Assembly: GCA_030141605.1 (NCBI GenBank)
Contig: JAQGDQ010000203.1
Coordinates: 310,001-374,000 of the forward strand
Source of the DNA: Tubiluchus corallicola
Taxonomy: Eukaryota; Animalia; Priapulida
Direction: 5' to 3'
Length of the DNA: 64,000 nt
The notes below the pieces were generated by a model. It saw only the letters and a program-made list of their open reading frames with translations. It searched no databases and was not told where the DNA came from. The translations under genes were made by a program, and so were the position numbers. This document shows, piece by piece, positions 38,099 to 50,598 of the stretch (position 1 is its first letter; each line of letters opens with the position of its first letter).

Positions 38099-38419
38099 AT
38101 ATGTAGCCGAAGCAGCACAAAAAATCAGAAAAACTATGATTTTTTATGTTTTTAACAAAAATTTAAGCGAAAAGTTTCATAATTCCTTGAATGAGTTATT
38201 CGATATGTGGTAAATTTCATCCGAGATTTTTACCAGTGTAACGTTAAACCATACAAAATATTCAATATTTAAACTTTTATTATCAGAAAAACATTACTTT
38301 TCTTTTTACTATTAGAAAAATTTCGTGAGTTAAACTGATCTAATCTGGAGGACGTGTTTTAAAAATGGGGACGCTGAATCCGCAAAAAATGGGCCTATAA
38401 ATTTTTATCGGCTACATAT
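38099..38419. mobile_element. Probable MITE with 12-bp terminal inverted repeats
   Basis: ATATGTAGCCGA (38099-38110) and TCGGCTACATAT (38408-38419) are exact reverse complements. Confidence 0.5.
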
Positions 38420-38599
38420 CGTCAGATAAAATAAATTTGGCTACGGCCCATAAATCACCGTAGACGTTGGAAAATCTCTTTAGGTCAAGGTCTGCTGTTG
38501 TGCCTGTTGAATCTCCTAGCAACATCTAAAGAACAAGGACATTTATTAAGATGAAAGTGCTATGATTGATCGGTGTTAATTTTGGTTCTCCGCTCAGTA

Positions 38600-39030
38600 A
38601 ACTTGCATTTGGTAAACCTGTACGGCTACTGCACTTCCTTCGGTTAGAATTTAATCGACTGATAAATGTGTGTAGTTGATAGACCTGCACTGCCACTCCA
38701 TTTTCTGCTGATATCTCTTAGCTGACCTGCTAAAGCTGTTCTGGTAGTCTGCTACTGTATTCCTACTGTTAACATTTAGCTGACGGCTAAAAGTGCGCTG
38801 CTGTTAAACCTAGAGCTTGCTTCTTAACAACAAGAAGTTCAATAACAATATAGGTTTACCTATTGAATTTCTTATTGTTAATGTTTAGTTGATTTGATAG
38901 TGCGTTGTTGGTAAATATGTACTGAACTTCCTAATATTAGCAAATACCTGACTGCTGTTAGTGTGTACTGCTCCTAAGTTGTGGTACTACTGCACTTCCG
39001 ACAGTTAGGATTTACCTAACGTGCTAAGGG
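38600..39030. repeat. Old degenerate ~60-bp minisatellite
   Basis: Recurring tactgcacttcct..gtta..att(t)agctgac...ggtaaacctg units, about 6-7 diverged copies. Confidence 0.6.
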
Positions 39031-41357
39031 CGCATGAGCGACGTTTCATGGTACCCACACACCATACTGGTACATGGTACCCACACTGTACCGCCTCTCT
39101 ATACATTTCTCTTTGTGCGTATGACCTCAGCACCTATATAAAGAGGGGTTACAAATCTCTGCATTCAATTCACGCTGTTTTTGGCTTTTTGGCTTGCTAG
39201 ATCATGTCTGGTTTACTAACTCATCTTTGCTGGCTTGCTACAGCACAGATGAGCAGAGTTATGCATCTGTTCAGGCTAGTTATGCATACGTTATGTTCAG
39301 CTATGCATAAGTTTAGTACAGCTAGTTCAATCCAGCCTATAAAATTAATAAATTATTATTGGTCTACCGGCGACAGTTTGGAGGCTTCCTCAACGTGTCG
39401 TCCGGAAAAAGTGAAGTCAAATAAATTAGCTATTGATATGATGAACAGCGACATAAGCCACTTATCATGCTAATTAATGTAGCGAGAGATGTTTGCAGCC
39501 TGGATACGCTTACATAATGTAATTGCTGTGCTTGACTTCATGTAGATAATTATGTGATAATCTATATTGGGTAATTTTCATGTAATCTGCATTAACAGAT
39601 GATTCTTACAAATCGACAGCAGTGATAGAAAGGGTCGGTATCTTTAATACCACAATAGTAAGCAGTTTTTAACCAGCCTTTCTTCTTAACTTTTTTCACG
39701 CCGACAATTTGGTGTGTTTCTTCCATTTTTTTCCTTTTCATCCCGCTTACTTGGTCTGTATGTTTGCCTATTCTATGGGAACAAAGCCCTGCTGTAGTCT
39801 GCTGCTAGAGTGATTAAGCGAAGTTGTGAATTACAGCAAAAAGCTAATGAAAACAAAAAACAAAAACTGAAGTGTACGATTGTTCAGTATGACATCTTGT
39901 TGTACACGCTGTTAACTTAAGAGACAGTAAGGCTGTTTCTTGGCATATAGAAAAAAGTGATTAATAGAGTAGTCTTAGTTGCTGCATGAACACCAGAGCT
40001 TTTACGTTTCATTATGATTATTACATAAAATTGTTTTTCTAAATTCTCTTATAAGTATGAGGCACTTGGTGCTAGCAGTTAAACTGTCCCACAAGTATTT
40101 GGTTTATTTAGTGGCATTTTGTGTGTTTTCCCTTCGTGGCGTTTTCTGTGCAAGATTAATGATTGCGTTTATTGATTTTTTGTCTTTTTCTCATGTGGCT
40201 TCTATGTAATCCATGAAAAATTACTGCTGGTGTTATCATTATAAAATTTTCAAAAACAAAATGGTTACATTTTTTATCCTTTTAACTTTTACATAAAGAT
40301 AGTTCACAGCGTGAATTGACACGCCGCGTCTTAATTTTCATTTTTTCAACGTGTGTCTTTATCAATGACGAGTAAATTACAAAACTAATAGTGCCAAATA
40401 AGTAATATTAAAATAAATTTAATGAATACCCAAAAGTCCCATTAGTAGGGAAAAGACTGAGAATATGAAAGTAGCAAAATCATTGGTAGAAGAGTGGCAG
40501 CTACTTCTACTGTACATAATGCTGAAAGGACATTAAGTTAGCTGTGGTTAGCAAACCACGCTGATTGAATTTGCCCATGTAATCTATAAACTGCTGATAG
40601 TTAATTAGAGCTGCGAGGCTGAACACCATGCATAGTTAAAACCAATCGGTCACGTGATCAGTCACGTGGTCACTGCTTGGTTTCTCCTGTAGCTGACTCC
40701 TTAAATCTGCACAAGCTGCTAAATCCAAATGACAAGCGAATTGCGTCATTTTGCAATTACCGAGTGTTAAAACAAAATGTTGTTTTTGTACGCTGTTGAC
40801 AAATTGTTCAAATTTGTGGAAACTGAAAGCAGTTAAGATAACGCATATTTGCCTGTGAAAGGTTCCTGTTTTGTTACTAAATAGCAAGATTGAAATGAAC
40901 AATAGAGTAGAAAAAATTTCAAGAAATCGTGAACAAAAACACTTAGAAATGACAAAAAGAGCCAGAACTGGACTTTTCACAATTTTTGATTATCCTATGA
41001 TCTAAGTACTGATAACTTCAACTGTATATAGGTCAATAATATAATCACCGATTGTGCCAATTAATCACCTTATTACTTATTAGTGATTGGATTTTGTTCT
41101 CATAGATTTGTAAATACGCAGGGGAAGAAAGAGGGATGAAAAGAGAAAAAATGTGGGAGGAACAAATCGAAGTTTCGACGTGAAAAGAGTTAAGAAGAAA
41201 AAAATAGGAAAAGAATAAAAACTCGACAACTAGAAAGCCACTCTGTAGAGTTCACTCAGCTCAGACTTTTCCATTACAAGAATACACTTAATAAATAAAA
41301 TAGATTTCCTTTAGTAATTCTTGATCGATAATTAACAAAAATGAAAATCATACCACT

Positions 41358-41462
41358 CCACAAAATTTCAAGGAAATCGGTTAAGTAGTTTTTACGTAAT
41401 CCTGCTAACAGACAAACCAACAAACCAACGGCTATGAAAGCATACCCTCCATGGCAGTAGTT
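41358..41462 (-). mobile_element. DINE/HINE-like (Helentron-associated) interspersed element fragment
   Basis: Minus strand ctactgccatggagggtatgctttc...(gttt/gtct)n ttagcaggattacgtaaaaactact..accgattt..tgaaatttt: short subterminal hairpin plus tetranucleotide microsatellite; related end at 43187-43262. Confidence 0.6.
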
Positions 41463-43186
41463 GGGGTGTCAGATTTGTGGAAGGTCGAAAATGTCGGAAA
41501 GAAAGCTTGTCCAGAAAAAAGAAAGCTAATATAAAAAGAAATTCAAAAAATGTATAATTTTGTATTAATGTTCTGATATTGATAACAGAACGATTTTGAA
41601 TTTGAAAAATCAGATTTAAAACGGCTATCAGCTTATAAAGCTTCTTCATTCTTGACAACAGAATTCACCACGTCATGTCTAATACCAACACTCTTTTCAT
41701 AATAAAAACAACAAAATCATTGTTGAAAAATTAATTCAGAGTTAATAGATGTTTAATATTTGAATTCGGTCTGATTGCAGAGGCGTGTGGACTACTTCAC
41801 ACTGTGAAATAAGCCAGGAAGCTTCTTGTCCTTACCAGGCTTGAAAAAAATTGAAACAAAAAAAAAGCTGTAGAGGTCGTACGTTACGTACACTGTGACG
41901 TTTTCTAGCATCTTTTTAGCATTATTATTTGCTCAGAAAAGAAGCCCACCGGTTTACTGCTACATAGCAACAGCGGCATCAGCAGCAACTGCAACAACCG
42001 TCTTCGCAATTTTACTTTATTTCTTCAAAAGTCCGTTTTAATTAATTAGGTAAATTTGCTTGTTACAGCTTGTAAACAGCTGTGCGCAATTAATTAGTCA
42101 AGTCGTTTGCTGAACATGTAAAACTGATCAACCATTACATCTGTTTATTACGTTTATGTAGGGTGACGTATTCTAATGAATTCCTGTTGGGATTCAACAA
42201 CAATAATTAAAATTTTATTGCTATGATTTGTGGAAAACCACTATTCATTTCATGTATTTAGTAAAGTAGATCTGAGATTAAAGTCATGGAGACGGTTTAA
42301 CCAAATCGGTTTTGAATTTGTTGTGAATTGGGTGGGTGGAATTATGGTATAGAAGTCAAAGAAATTCAGTTCATTTCTGGGGTTTATTAAACAAAAATCA
42401 ATCAAAATTTAAAAGAAGCATTAATCTATATTCAGGAATTTTACGCCGAGGACGCTTCAGTTCTGATATCAAGATCGAAGACTAATACTGTTAAAGATTT
42501 TGTCGGAAAGATAATATGATATCTGCCAAGCTTGATAGAATTACATTATATAGTTAAGTTGGAAAGTTTAGTTAGCTAAAGCCAGAAATGAGTTGGAGTC
42601 AAGCCTTAAGTTACTGAATATTTTTCATTTTTATAGTACAAAAATTCAGAATAGTTTAGTAGTATTATTTGATGTACAAATAATTGTAATCTATAGGTTA
42701 TAGTCTATAATCCATTATTGTAATCTCTCCTGCTTTTACTAAATTTGAAAATATCTAGTGACTTTAAAAGTGAAATCAAACAAAAATATGGAAACTGTGT
42801 CAGAAACACTTAATTCTAATAGTTATGGGTCTTGGCCAGAATAGAATTGAATCACACAGCACGCATTTTTGCACCTAGTCCATAGGTTTTGTGAATTTAC
42901 ATGGCAAATAGCCTTAGCAAACATGCGATATTACGATATTATCGATACAACTTTTCGATATTAAAACGGGTGCTAATGATCAAGGTTTTAGCTAAATGTC
43001 AGAAATTTAGATTGATTAGATTAATCGTAATTCTAGACACGTGAAACACGATTTTTTTTGTAATTTTAAGATATGCATTTGACAAACAAGTGCTAACAAA
43101 TGTAAATAAATTGGCACAGGAAAATGTCACACTTAGTAAATATGTGTTTATGGTTAGCGTTACAGTGGGTGATAATTATTTTAGTT

Positions 43187-43262
43187 ATTTTTATCTTTGC
43201 CAAGGAAGTTGCGCTTCAACAAAGTTTGTTTGTCTGTTTGTTTGGTTGCCCTTTGTCAGTTA
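43187..43262 (+). mobile_element. DINE/HINE-like fragment, second copy
   Basis: ttttatctttgccaaggaagtt...gtttgtttgtctgtttgtttgg; same layout as the 41.4 kb copy. Confidence 0.45.
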
Positions 43263-44219
43263 TGGCAGTAAGCCTACTACGCCAGAACTTGACGACCGAA
43301 CACTTTGTACAAAAAGCATTCGTGAAGCACTTCGTGGGGGTCTCAGAGGAAATATCTAGTACATCTTTTTTGCTATCTCCGCTTAGGCAAACAACTACGA
43401 GTTAGTTGCAGTTCCATTCTCGCTTGTATATTAAAACTGTGTAACGCTGCATATAACCTTCACTTATTAAGGTGTATAACCTAATAAGGTGAGTTACTAT
43501 ATATATATGCTGTCTATGTGTAGAGACACGTATATATTTGTCAGTCTATTAATGCGCCAAAATTAATGGCTAAAAAGTAGATAAACACTGTGTGGAACGT
43601 TCGTGCATTATTGATTATAAATCTATTTAATGAACAAATATTATAAGTCTTTTGCTAGTCTATATAACACCAATGCAGGTATATTTTTGTATTACTGCCT
43701 GTTTACCTTTGTGTTAAAATTTTTTAATCACCAAAATCAGACGAATAAGTTTACGATTGTTCGGCTTTGCTAGAGATCTGTTTCTTACTGAGCGCATTCT
43801 AGTTTTATTACAGAAATCAAGTACATTAAAATAGCATACATGCCATTTTTCCTGTGTCATTTTTACCGCGCACCTGCTAACACGTGTTGAACTTCACCTG
43901 CGTGTACCATCATCGTCATCATCGGGCTTCTTATCTTGTAATTCTTAACGGGAAATTTTTTTGTCTTGATAAACAGAGCCTTGCCAGCTTTCTGAAGGAG
44001 ATTAATGTAAACCTAATCAAAATAAACTAAGAATTCTAGTTTTGTAGACCGGAATTCATATTTTCACCCTTCTAATAACCTTCTTACGTTAAGTAGCTAC
44101 TAGCTTTGTTTGGAGCTAAATTTGTATAGAAAATAAAAATGTAAATTTTAGATTCTTTTGAAGAAAAATTATTTTAACAGCAATTTACTCTGGGAAAACT
44201 TAGAAATTTGGAATGGAAG

Positions 44220-44801
44220 TACTAACGTGCTTGGATCCGGCACGTCATATTTGTAGCTCGTTTCTTGTAAATTTAATGGTTTCTTTAAGCTTTTATTTTT
44301 GCCATGGCCCGTTTTATTCGTGAAAATCTACAATTTTGCTACGATGACGAAATGCGTTTGTTTTTATCAGCACTGTCTATCAGGTATAAAACCGCAGATA
44401 CATAATGGCCTCGTCGGTTCAGTGGATAGGCAGAAGGTGTTTTTAACAACTCAGCACTTGTTCTTGTCAGCCAACATGTAGACCTCGAAGTAGATTCCTG
44501 GCTAGTCTCTGTTTAAATTCGTGTTTCGAGTTCAATGTGTATCAGCATCATCGTTATAATATATTAGAATGACAGAAGCCCAACAATATAATTAATGCCT
44601 AGGTCAGATCCATTTAACGGGCATATTTGAGGGCATATTGGGAAAGTGAAAAGTCGGCGTTCGTTAGGGTCTGCGCAATGGTTTCTATAATGAAATCCGT
44701 GGCCTGTGATAGCCTTCAAAGTTAAATGCGACGCAAACACCTTCAATAACATGACCAAGCTTTCGGTATTTCGTGCTTCGTGCCGGATCCAATAACTAGT
44801 G
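44220..44801. mobile_element. Non-autonomous TIR element, family B
   Basis: 14-bp perfect IR TTGGATCCGGCACG (44231-44244 / 44779-44792) within CACTA-like termini; left end repeated at 54112-54185. Confidence 0.7.
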
Positions 44802-46407
44802 CATTGTCACACATTTGTTACTTATTCAACGAAGGTCACTTGCTAACCTCTTTTATTGCTACTTCCATAAAAGTTTCTTCTAATGTAGATGGTGGCTTCG
44901 TTGGTCGTCTCATGTTCTTTTACAAGTAGAGTACCTGAAGTAAAGCAAGTCAAATACATAATTTATTAGCAACCGATGTGAACTAAAATTTGTAAAAGTT
45001 TGTATTTCATCATTAATTCAGTACAAGATTCGGTTTGTATTAGAGCGATCTTATAGTATTCGGTTCTAATTTTTATTAATTTAACCGCTACAAAATAGTA
45101 AATATCTGTATATCAAAAGTTTATGAATAGTTTTTAAAATCCTCATTATCAGTTGTCGATGGAAAAACACATTATGAATTTCATTTTACTTTTGTAAGTG
45201 CAAGTTTACATACTTAAAATAACAACAGTTTGACAAAATCTGTTTATTTCTTCGGTTCTGGCCTATAAGTTACTAATGAGAGTCGAATACATTTCCCAAT
45301 AACAGAGAAATGAGGCAAACGCGCAAAGGCAAATTTGAACGTTTGCCGTAAGAAGCCGCGACCATTAGAAATTTGAAGCTGGGAGTGAACAAATATACAG
45401 ACTACATTAATAATTTAAATCTGTGGAAATCGCTAGTTTTAAAATGATAAAGTTTTGAACATTATTAGGCTTCATTCATTAGCAGAAACGTCGCACAGTT
45501 AATTCTTATTTTTAACAAGGCATGCGCCATTCTATTCCCTTTATATTAATCTGCAAATTATGTGGATGAACTAGGTTTATTTATTACATTTTGACACAAA
45601 GAACAGCGCACACCAATGATGCAGTGTAAGAATCACACAAACGCATACAATTAGACTAGAAATGTACACCAAAATATAAAGTACGCATAAAAAGTAATAT
45701 AAGTCGACGTGTTTATCTGCAAATGTCTACAACTGTAATACGTTTCATGTTGTTTATCAGCCACTGCTGTCTACGAAATTGAATGTGGTAAAAACACATT
45801 TGTAGAAATTCCTGAAACAGTAGCTACAGGCACTTTTCTAAGAATGTAAATTATGCTCTCAGTAAAAACTGACATTTTTTGATATTGTTACACGAAGGTC
45901 CACTGGCTTCCAGATAAATTTTTCGTAAACTAAGATATTTGTATAATCTTTATATTGTCTCGCTGTAAGAATGCCACTGAAGCTTGACACGCGCTGCAAA
46001 GGGAGGTAGAATATTGTAATTATTATAGACCACTGTTTCACTGAATAATTGATCACGTGATAACATATATACGTCTCTCTCGCTGCTTTCTATCGCTGGG
46101 GAGTTAAAACATAATGGAAATTGTATCAAGCTAACCGTAATGGCACATGGGTAGTAAGACTATGTAGACTTGCTTCAGTGTAACATATTTTAAATGTCTA
46201 TAGTAAATAGACCTTTAGGCGGTAGTCGACACACGGCTACGGCAATTGTTACTAGTCGTAAAGTATAAGATGTGAGGTGTTTATCACCCAAATTAACATA
46301 TCACGTATTTTATTCATAAATAATTTGAACAACAGTTCAGGACATGTGATGATAGCAAAAGTACGTTAAATGAATAAAATTGCCCAGTTTGAGCAGGATA
46401 ATACATA

Positions 46408-46530
46408 TAAAACATCACTTTAAAAAAATTACAATATATAAAACTTAGGTTTAAAACAATTACTATATATAAAACACAGGTTTCAAACAATTACATTATA
46501 TAAATATACGTTTAGAACGATTACAATCTA
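46408..46530. repeat. 31-bp AT-rich tandem repeat, about 4 copies
   Basis: aaaacacaggtttaaaacaattacaatatat-like units. Confidence 0.75.
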
Positions 46531-46544
46531 ACATTTACACAATT

Positions 46545-46910
46545 GCATTTATTTATCTATTTATTTATTTATTTATTTATTATTAACAATTGCGTTTAAC
46601 AGTAATGCACAAAAAACAATTAAGAAACTAACCAAGTAATAATTACACAGAGAGATGATCTGAAAATTTGAAATTAGTTAAAAGATAAATGAGATTCTTT
46701 TAAAGCTTGGTAAAACACATCGGCAAAATTGAAAGTTTACATTTCGATGTCAAGATGGACTGAGTCATTCCAACTCGGGTATGCTGTTGAATAGAGAATA
46801 TGTGGGTAATGTTGTAATCTTTCTTATTTTCTTGAATATTTTTGATGAAAGACTGGTTATAGATCTTACCTTGTGTGGTCATTAGTCTTGTTTGGGAGCG
46901 TATGTGCACC
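46545..46910 (-). mobile_element. Possible CR1-like LINE 3' end with (TAAA)n tail
   Basis: (ATTT)n tract at 46545-46580 adjoining a decayed minus-strand frame; no diagnostic RT motif. Confidence 0.35.
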
Positions 46911-47196
46911 TTTTATCCTTATTTTACACTTACTTACATTGATTTTCCTGACTTTATTTCATTGATCTTAATTAACCTGGTTTGACTTGCTTACGTTGAA
47001 TTTGTTGTGACATTTGGAGGCTGCTATCGCTACGTTCTTTCGCCAAAATTACAGGCTTCTGTAATTTAATTTATAGTTCAAAAAGTCTGTAGTCTTCTAA
47101 TGAATTTTTTTTAAACTAACAACAAACTGTTATAATTAAGAATTGGGGTAAATTTCTGCATTTCACGTTATTTATTGTTTATCTGAATAAAAACTA

Positions 47197-48149
47197 CCGT
47201 AAAACGGGGTGAGTTCGCCACTTTTTAAGGGTATTTTTTTACATTTCCTGCCTTAGCAAGAGAATTAGCCAACCGATTTTCTTAGTTCAAGCTTTATATT
47301 GCCCTTCGAATAAAACACTATCGTGGGGTGAATTCGCCGCTAACAATTTAACACTGTTTAATGCCATTCTAGGCAGCTGAAGTTAACTGGTTGTGATTGG
47401 CTGGTTGGGGGTGAGTTCGCCACCCTATGAAAAAATTATAAAAAATGTCTAGTTTTAGTTTTCAAATATAAACTTCTACGTTGGCAAGGAAGGCTTGAAC
47501 GTCTTGTGCACTGATCTTATCGCGGTCGCCCTTGATGTTGCCAGCCACTCTGAAAACCAGATTGTTCCTTCGGGCGAATGATTTGACAAAGTCTATTCCA
47601 GGGGTGTTTGCCTTGAATCGTCGTTCCTGGATTCCCTTCGCGTCAAGAACACTCTTAATCAGTAGTCGGAGATCGATGGCAGTCATTGGGAACCCCCACT
47701 CAGCGGCCACTGGGAGTGTACTGGCGATTTCGTGCTCCTCGGCGGCGGAGAACACTGGCTGACTTCCGGTCTTCTGCGGATGACTTCCGGAGAGTTTGTC
47801 AGAAAGGTCTTTCTTGGAACTCCGAATTGCCTCGCCGCTGGGCTGATTGTCCTGTTGGTATTCTTGACGGCATGTAGGGCAGCTTCCAGAGCTTCTGGGG
47901 TATAATTTTGGTATCTATGACCCGGTACAGTGGTGCAGGTGCGTGGCATGTTAAGTAGCCAGAAATAGTAGACAAATAATATGTAGCGCAGAATGGAATA
48001 CTTCTAGTGCGAATTGAAAGAAGATAACTGTCGCAAACTGTTTATAATGACGGTGATCATGATATCTGTTCATTAAATACTGAACAATAGTTACAGCAAA
48101 CCTACAATGGCCATTATGTAAGGGGTGGCGAACTCACCCCGTTTTACGG
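47197..48149 (-). mobile_element. Internally deleted pogo/Tigger-like DNA transposon
   Basis: Perfect 25-bp TIRs CCGTAAAACGGGGTGAGTTCGCCAC (47197-47221 / 48125-48149), TA on both sides, subterminal GGGGTGA.TTCGCC copies near 47325 and 47408. Confidence 0.95.
47462..47949 (-). pseudogene. Truncated pogo-like transposase: HTH_psq plus CENP-B-type HTH, no DDE domain
   Basis: YTPEALEAALHAVK..ISPAARQFGVPRKT then frameshift into FSAAEEHEIA...WGFPMT..DLR...PGIDFVKSFARRN; ends before the catalytic domain. Confidence 0.88.
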
Positions 48150-49194
48150 TAGTTATTTATTTATTCACTTGCTAGTACTATGCTGAAATTGATGGAGCAA
48201 AATTAGCCAGGATTTGTACTGAAATATGGTCGAGTAAAAGTACAGCGGCTAGCCGTCTCTGGCGTTGATTAATGCTCTTTCTCGCCTAGATCTCAATGGT
48301 CTTTGTTATTTCAGGTTCACACTGTAAATATTGGATGATCAGTCGAGTGGACAAGGGAAAATCCTTGACCGATCAATACGTGATTGCCAAACCTAATTGA
48401 TATCGATTACGCTAATCGATGCTGTGACCGTAGTTGTGTTTGCATCTGCCGATGGCTGTTCCCACTCAAGAAGACCTTCAGAAAAAGCGGAGCCCTTTTA
48501 GTGGGAAGCCCTTTTATTTATAATGAAGCGAGAAGAGCTGTACACGTTCTTGAAGAACCGCATTTCTTCGGGAAAAACCGAAACGTGATACAATGTAATG
48601 GTGCAAAAATAGAAACCTCTATAAACTCACAAGAAAACACGAGCCAACGCTGCGGCAGCTTAATTAGTTTTATTGGTGCTAACTCACCTCATTGTGTTGG
48701 CGGTAGCGTGATGGATATGAGAGTACGCATGAACATTTTCACGCACCCACCACGGACATGTCGGTAGTGATTAACATCAGCTGTGCGGACGTAAGTGGTT
48801 TCAGTCCTTCGATGTTGACGTAATTAGCAATAACAGCTTCGTGCTAGATTAGATATTAGTGAGCTTAATCGAGGAAGGTCTACTAACACATGAGACTTGC
48901 TGCAGCCACTAATATACTAAAGACTTATTAGTTTATTATAGTGGCACTTGCGTAGTGAGAACGTAAATTTTTGTGTCTTTCTTTATGTTGCATGACATAG
49001 ACAAGTCTGTGGTCACATTTGAAGGTAACAAGACTTGGCCCATTGGTTGACAAAATGCATGATAGTAGTGTAGTGCTAATCAACTACACACATTGATTCT
49101 AATGGCATTTAATTTTATTCTTGGTAAGCGCCTGGAATCTGTAGCTGAAGGATGCGTTGAACCACGGTACGAAAAAGAAAAACGAGAAAAGAGC

Positions 49195-50598
49195 ATGGCA
49201 GCCGAGAAAAGGAGAGCAGCACAGGAGTGCCTTTTATTGGAGGAGGATGACAGCAGGGCAGATCCATCAAAATCCTCGCAGCAGTCAGACACAAACAGAC
49301 AGAGCAGCGATCTGAACAAGAATGGCGTCATCTGTTCAGATCATCCTAACACACGCATAATGATCAACATCAGTGGTTTAAGGTTCGAGACCCGGGTAAA
49401 GACGTTACGTCGGTACCCTGATTCTTTGTTGGGTAATCCAGCCAAACGTTGCAAGTACTTCGACACTTTGAGGAACGAGTATTATTTTGACCGACATCGA
49501 CCTAGCTTTGATGCAATTCTCCATTATTACCAGAGTAAAGGGCGACTGCAGCGACCTGCCAATGTTCCTATGGACGTATTCATCAGTGAAATCAAATTTT
49601 TCCAATTAGGCGAGAAGGTGCTTGAGCAATACTTGGAAGGAGAAGGCATCGTGAAGGAGAAACCAAGAGCTTTACCAAAAAACCCCACTTTGAGGACAAT
49701 CTGGAAATTGTTTGAGCACCCAGATGCCGGATGGCCATCACGTATTGTGGCAGTTATATCAATATCAGTCATAGTGTTATCTGTGATCACATTCTGTGTG
49801 GAAACGTTACCAGAATTTTCTCAAAATAAAACTGTTTTGTTTCAAAATGCCACAAGAGATGAGATTGGGGCCTTTCTTTTTAGCGATCCTTTCTTTGTCA
49901 TTGAGACATTGTGTGTGTGCTGGTTTACATTTGAGTTAATCATGCGTTTTGTGTCGTCGCCAAATAAATTTAAGTTCTGGAAAAGTTTTATGAATATTAT
50001 AGATTTGACTGCCATCGTGCCATACTTCATAGGTCTATCAGTGACATACATCAACAAGTCTGGAGATATGGGATCGATGAGCTTAGCTGTACTCAGGGTT
50101 CTTCGTCTAGTCAGGGTGTTTAGAATATTTAAACTGTCACGACATTACAAAGGTTTGCAAGTCATTGGTCAAACTTTACGAGCAAGTATTCCAGAATTAG
50201 GATTACTTACTTTCTTTCTCATCATTGGCATGATTCTTTTTGCTAGTGCTGTCTACTTTGCCGAACTCGACAAAAGTGACTCTCACTTCACTAGTATTCC
50301 AGCCGCATTTTGGTGGGTGGTTGTCACCATGACCACAGTTGGATATGGTGACATGTTTCCACAAACAGGTTGGGGAAAGTTGGTGGGATCTCTCTGTGTG
50401 ATATCCGGTGTTCTGACAATAGCACTTCCTGTGCCTATCATTGTGTCAAATTTTGATTATTATTACCACCGTCATTGTGACACTGAAGCTTATACGACAG
50501 AAGAGGAGGATCCTCAAGCTGATGGCGATATAGGTACCAGAATAGATTTGGAAGCAGCTGGTAGCAAAAATGATGATTACGATGAAACACATTGCTGA
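49195..50598 (+). CDS. KCNA: Shaker/Kv1 voltage-gated potassium channel, intronless CDS (467 aa from the AGCATGG start; alternative in-frame ATG at 49102)
   Basis: T1 domain [10 protein letters not shown]...[20 protein letters not shown]; S4 [18 protein letters not shown]; pore [14 protein letters not shown]; S6 [14 protein letters not shown]. Confidence 0.97.
   Translation: MAAEKRRAAQECLLLEEDDSRADPSKSSQQSDTNRQSSDLNKNGVICSDHPNTRIMINISGLRFETRVKTLRRYPDSLLGNPAKRCKYFDTLRNEYYFDRHRPSFDAILHYYQSKGRLQRPANVPMDVFISEIKFFQLGEKVLEQYLEGEGIVKEKPRALPKNPTLRTIWKLFEHPDAGWPSRIVAVISISVIVLSVITFCVETLPEFSQNKTVLFQNATRDEIGAFLFSDPFFVIETLCVCWFTFELIMRFVSSPNKFKFWKSFMNIIDLTAIVPYFIGLSVTYINKSGDMGSMSLAVLRVLRLVRVFRIFKLSRHYKGLQVIGQTLRASIPELGLLTFFLIIGMILFASAVYFAELDKSDSHFTSIPAAFWWVVVTMTTVGYGDMFPQTGWGKLVGSLCVISGVLTIALPVPIIVSNFDYYYHRHCDTEAYTTEEEDPQADGDIGTRIDLEAAGSKNDDYDETHC

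Noticed and set aside
39040-39085. Second hammerhead candidate (minus strand stem plus GAAACGTCG)
   Set aside because: No CUGANGA-like core; better explained by a local 14-bp direct repeat (catggtacccacac twice).
48384-48767. 127-aa ORF upstream of Kv1
   Set aside because: Non-ATG start and no recognisable domain; more likely 5'-UTR sequence.
49080-50057. Four minus-strand ORFs within the channel gene
   Set aside because: Antisense shadows of the Kv1 CDS.
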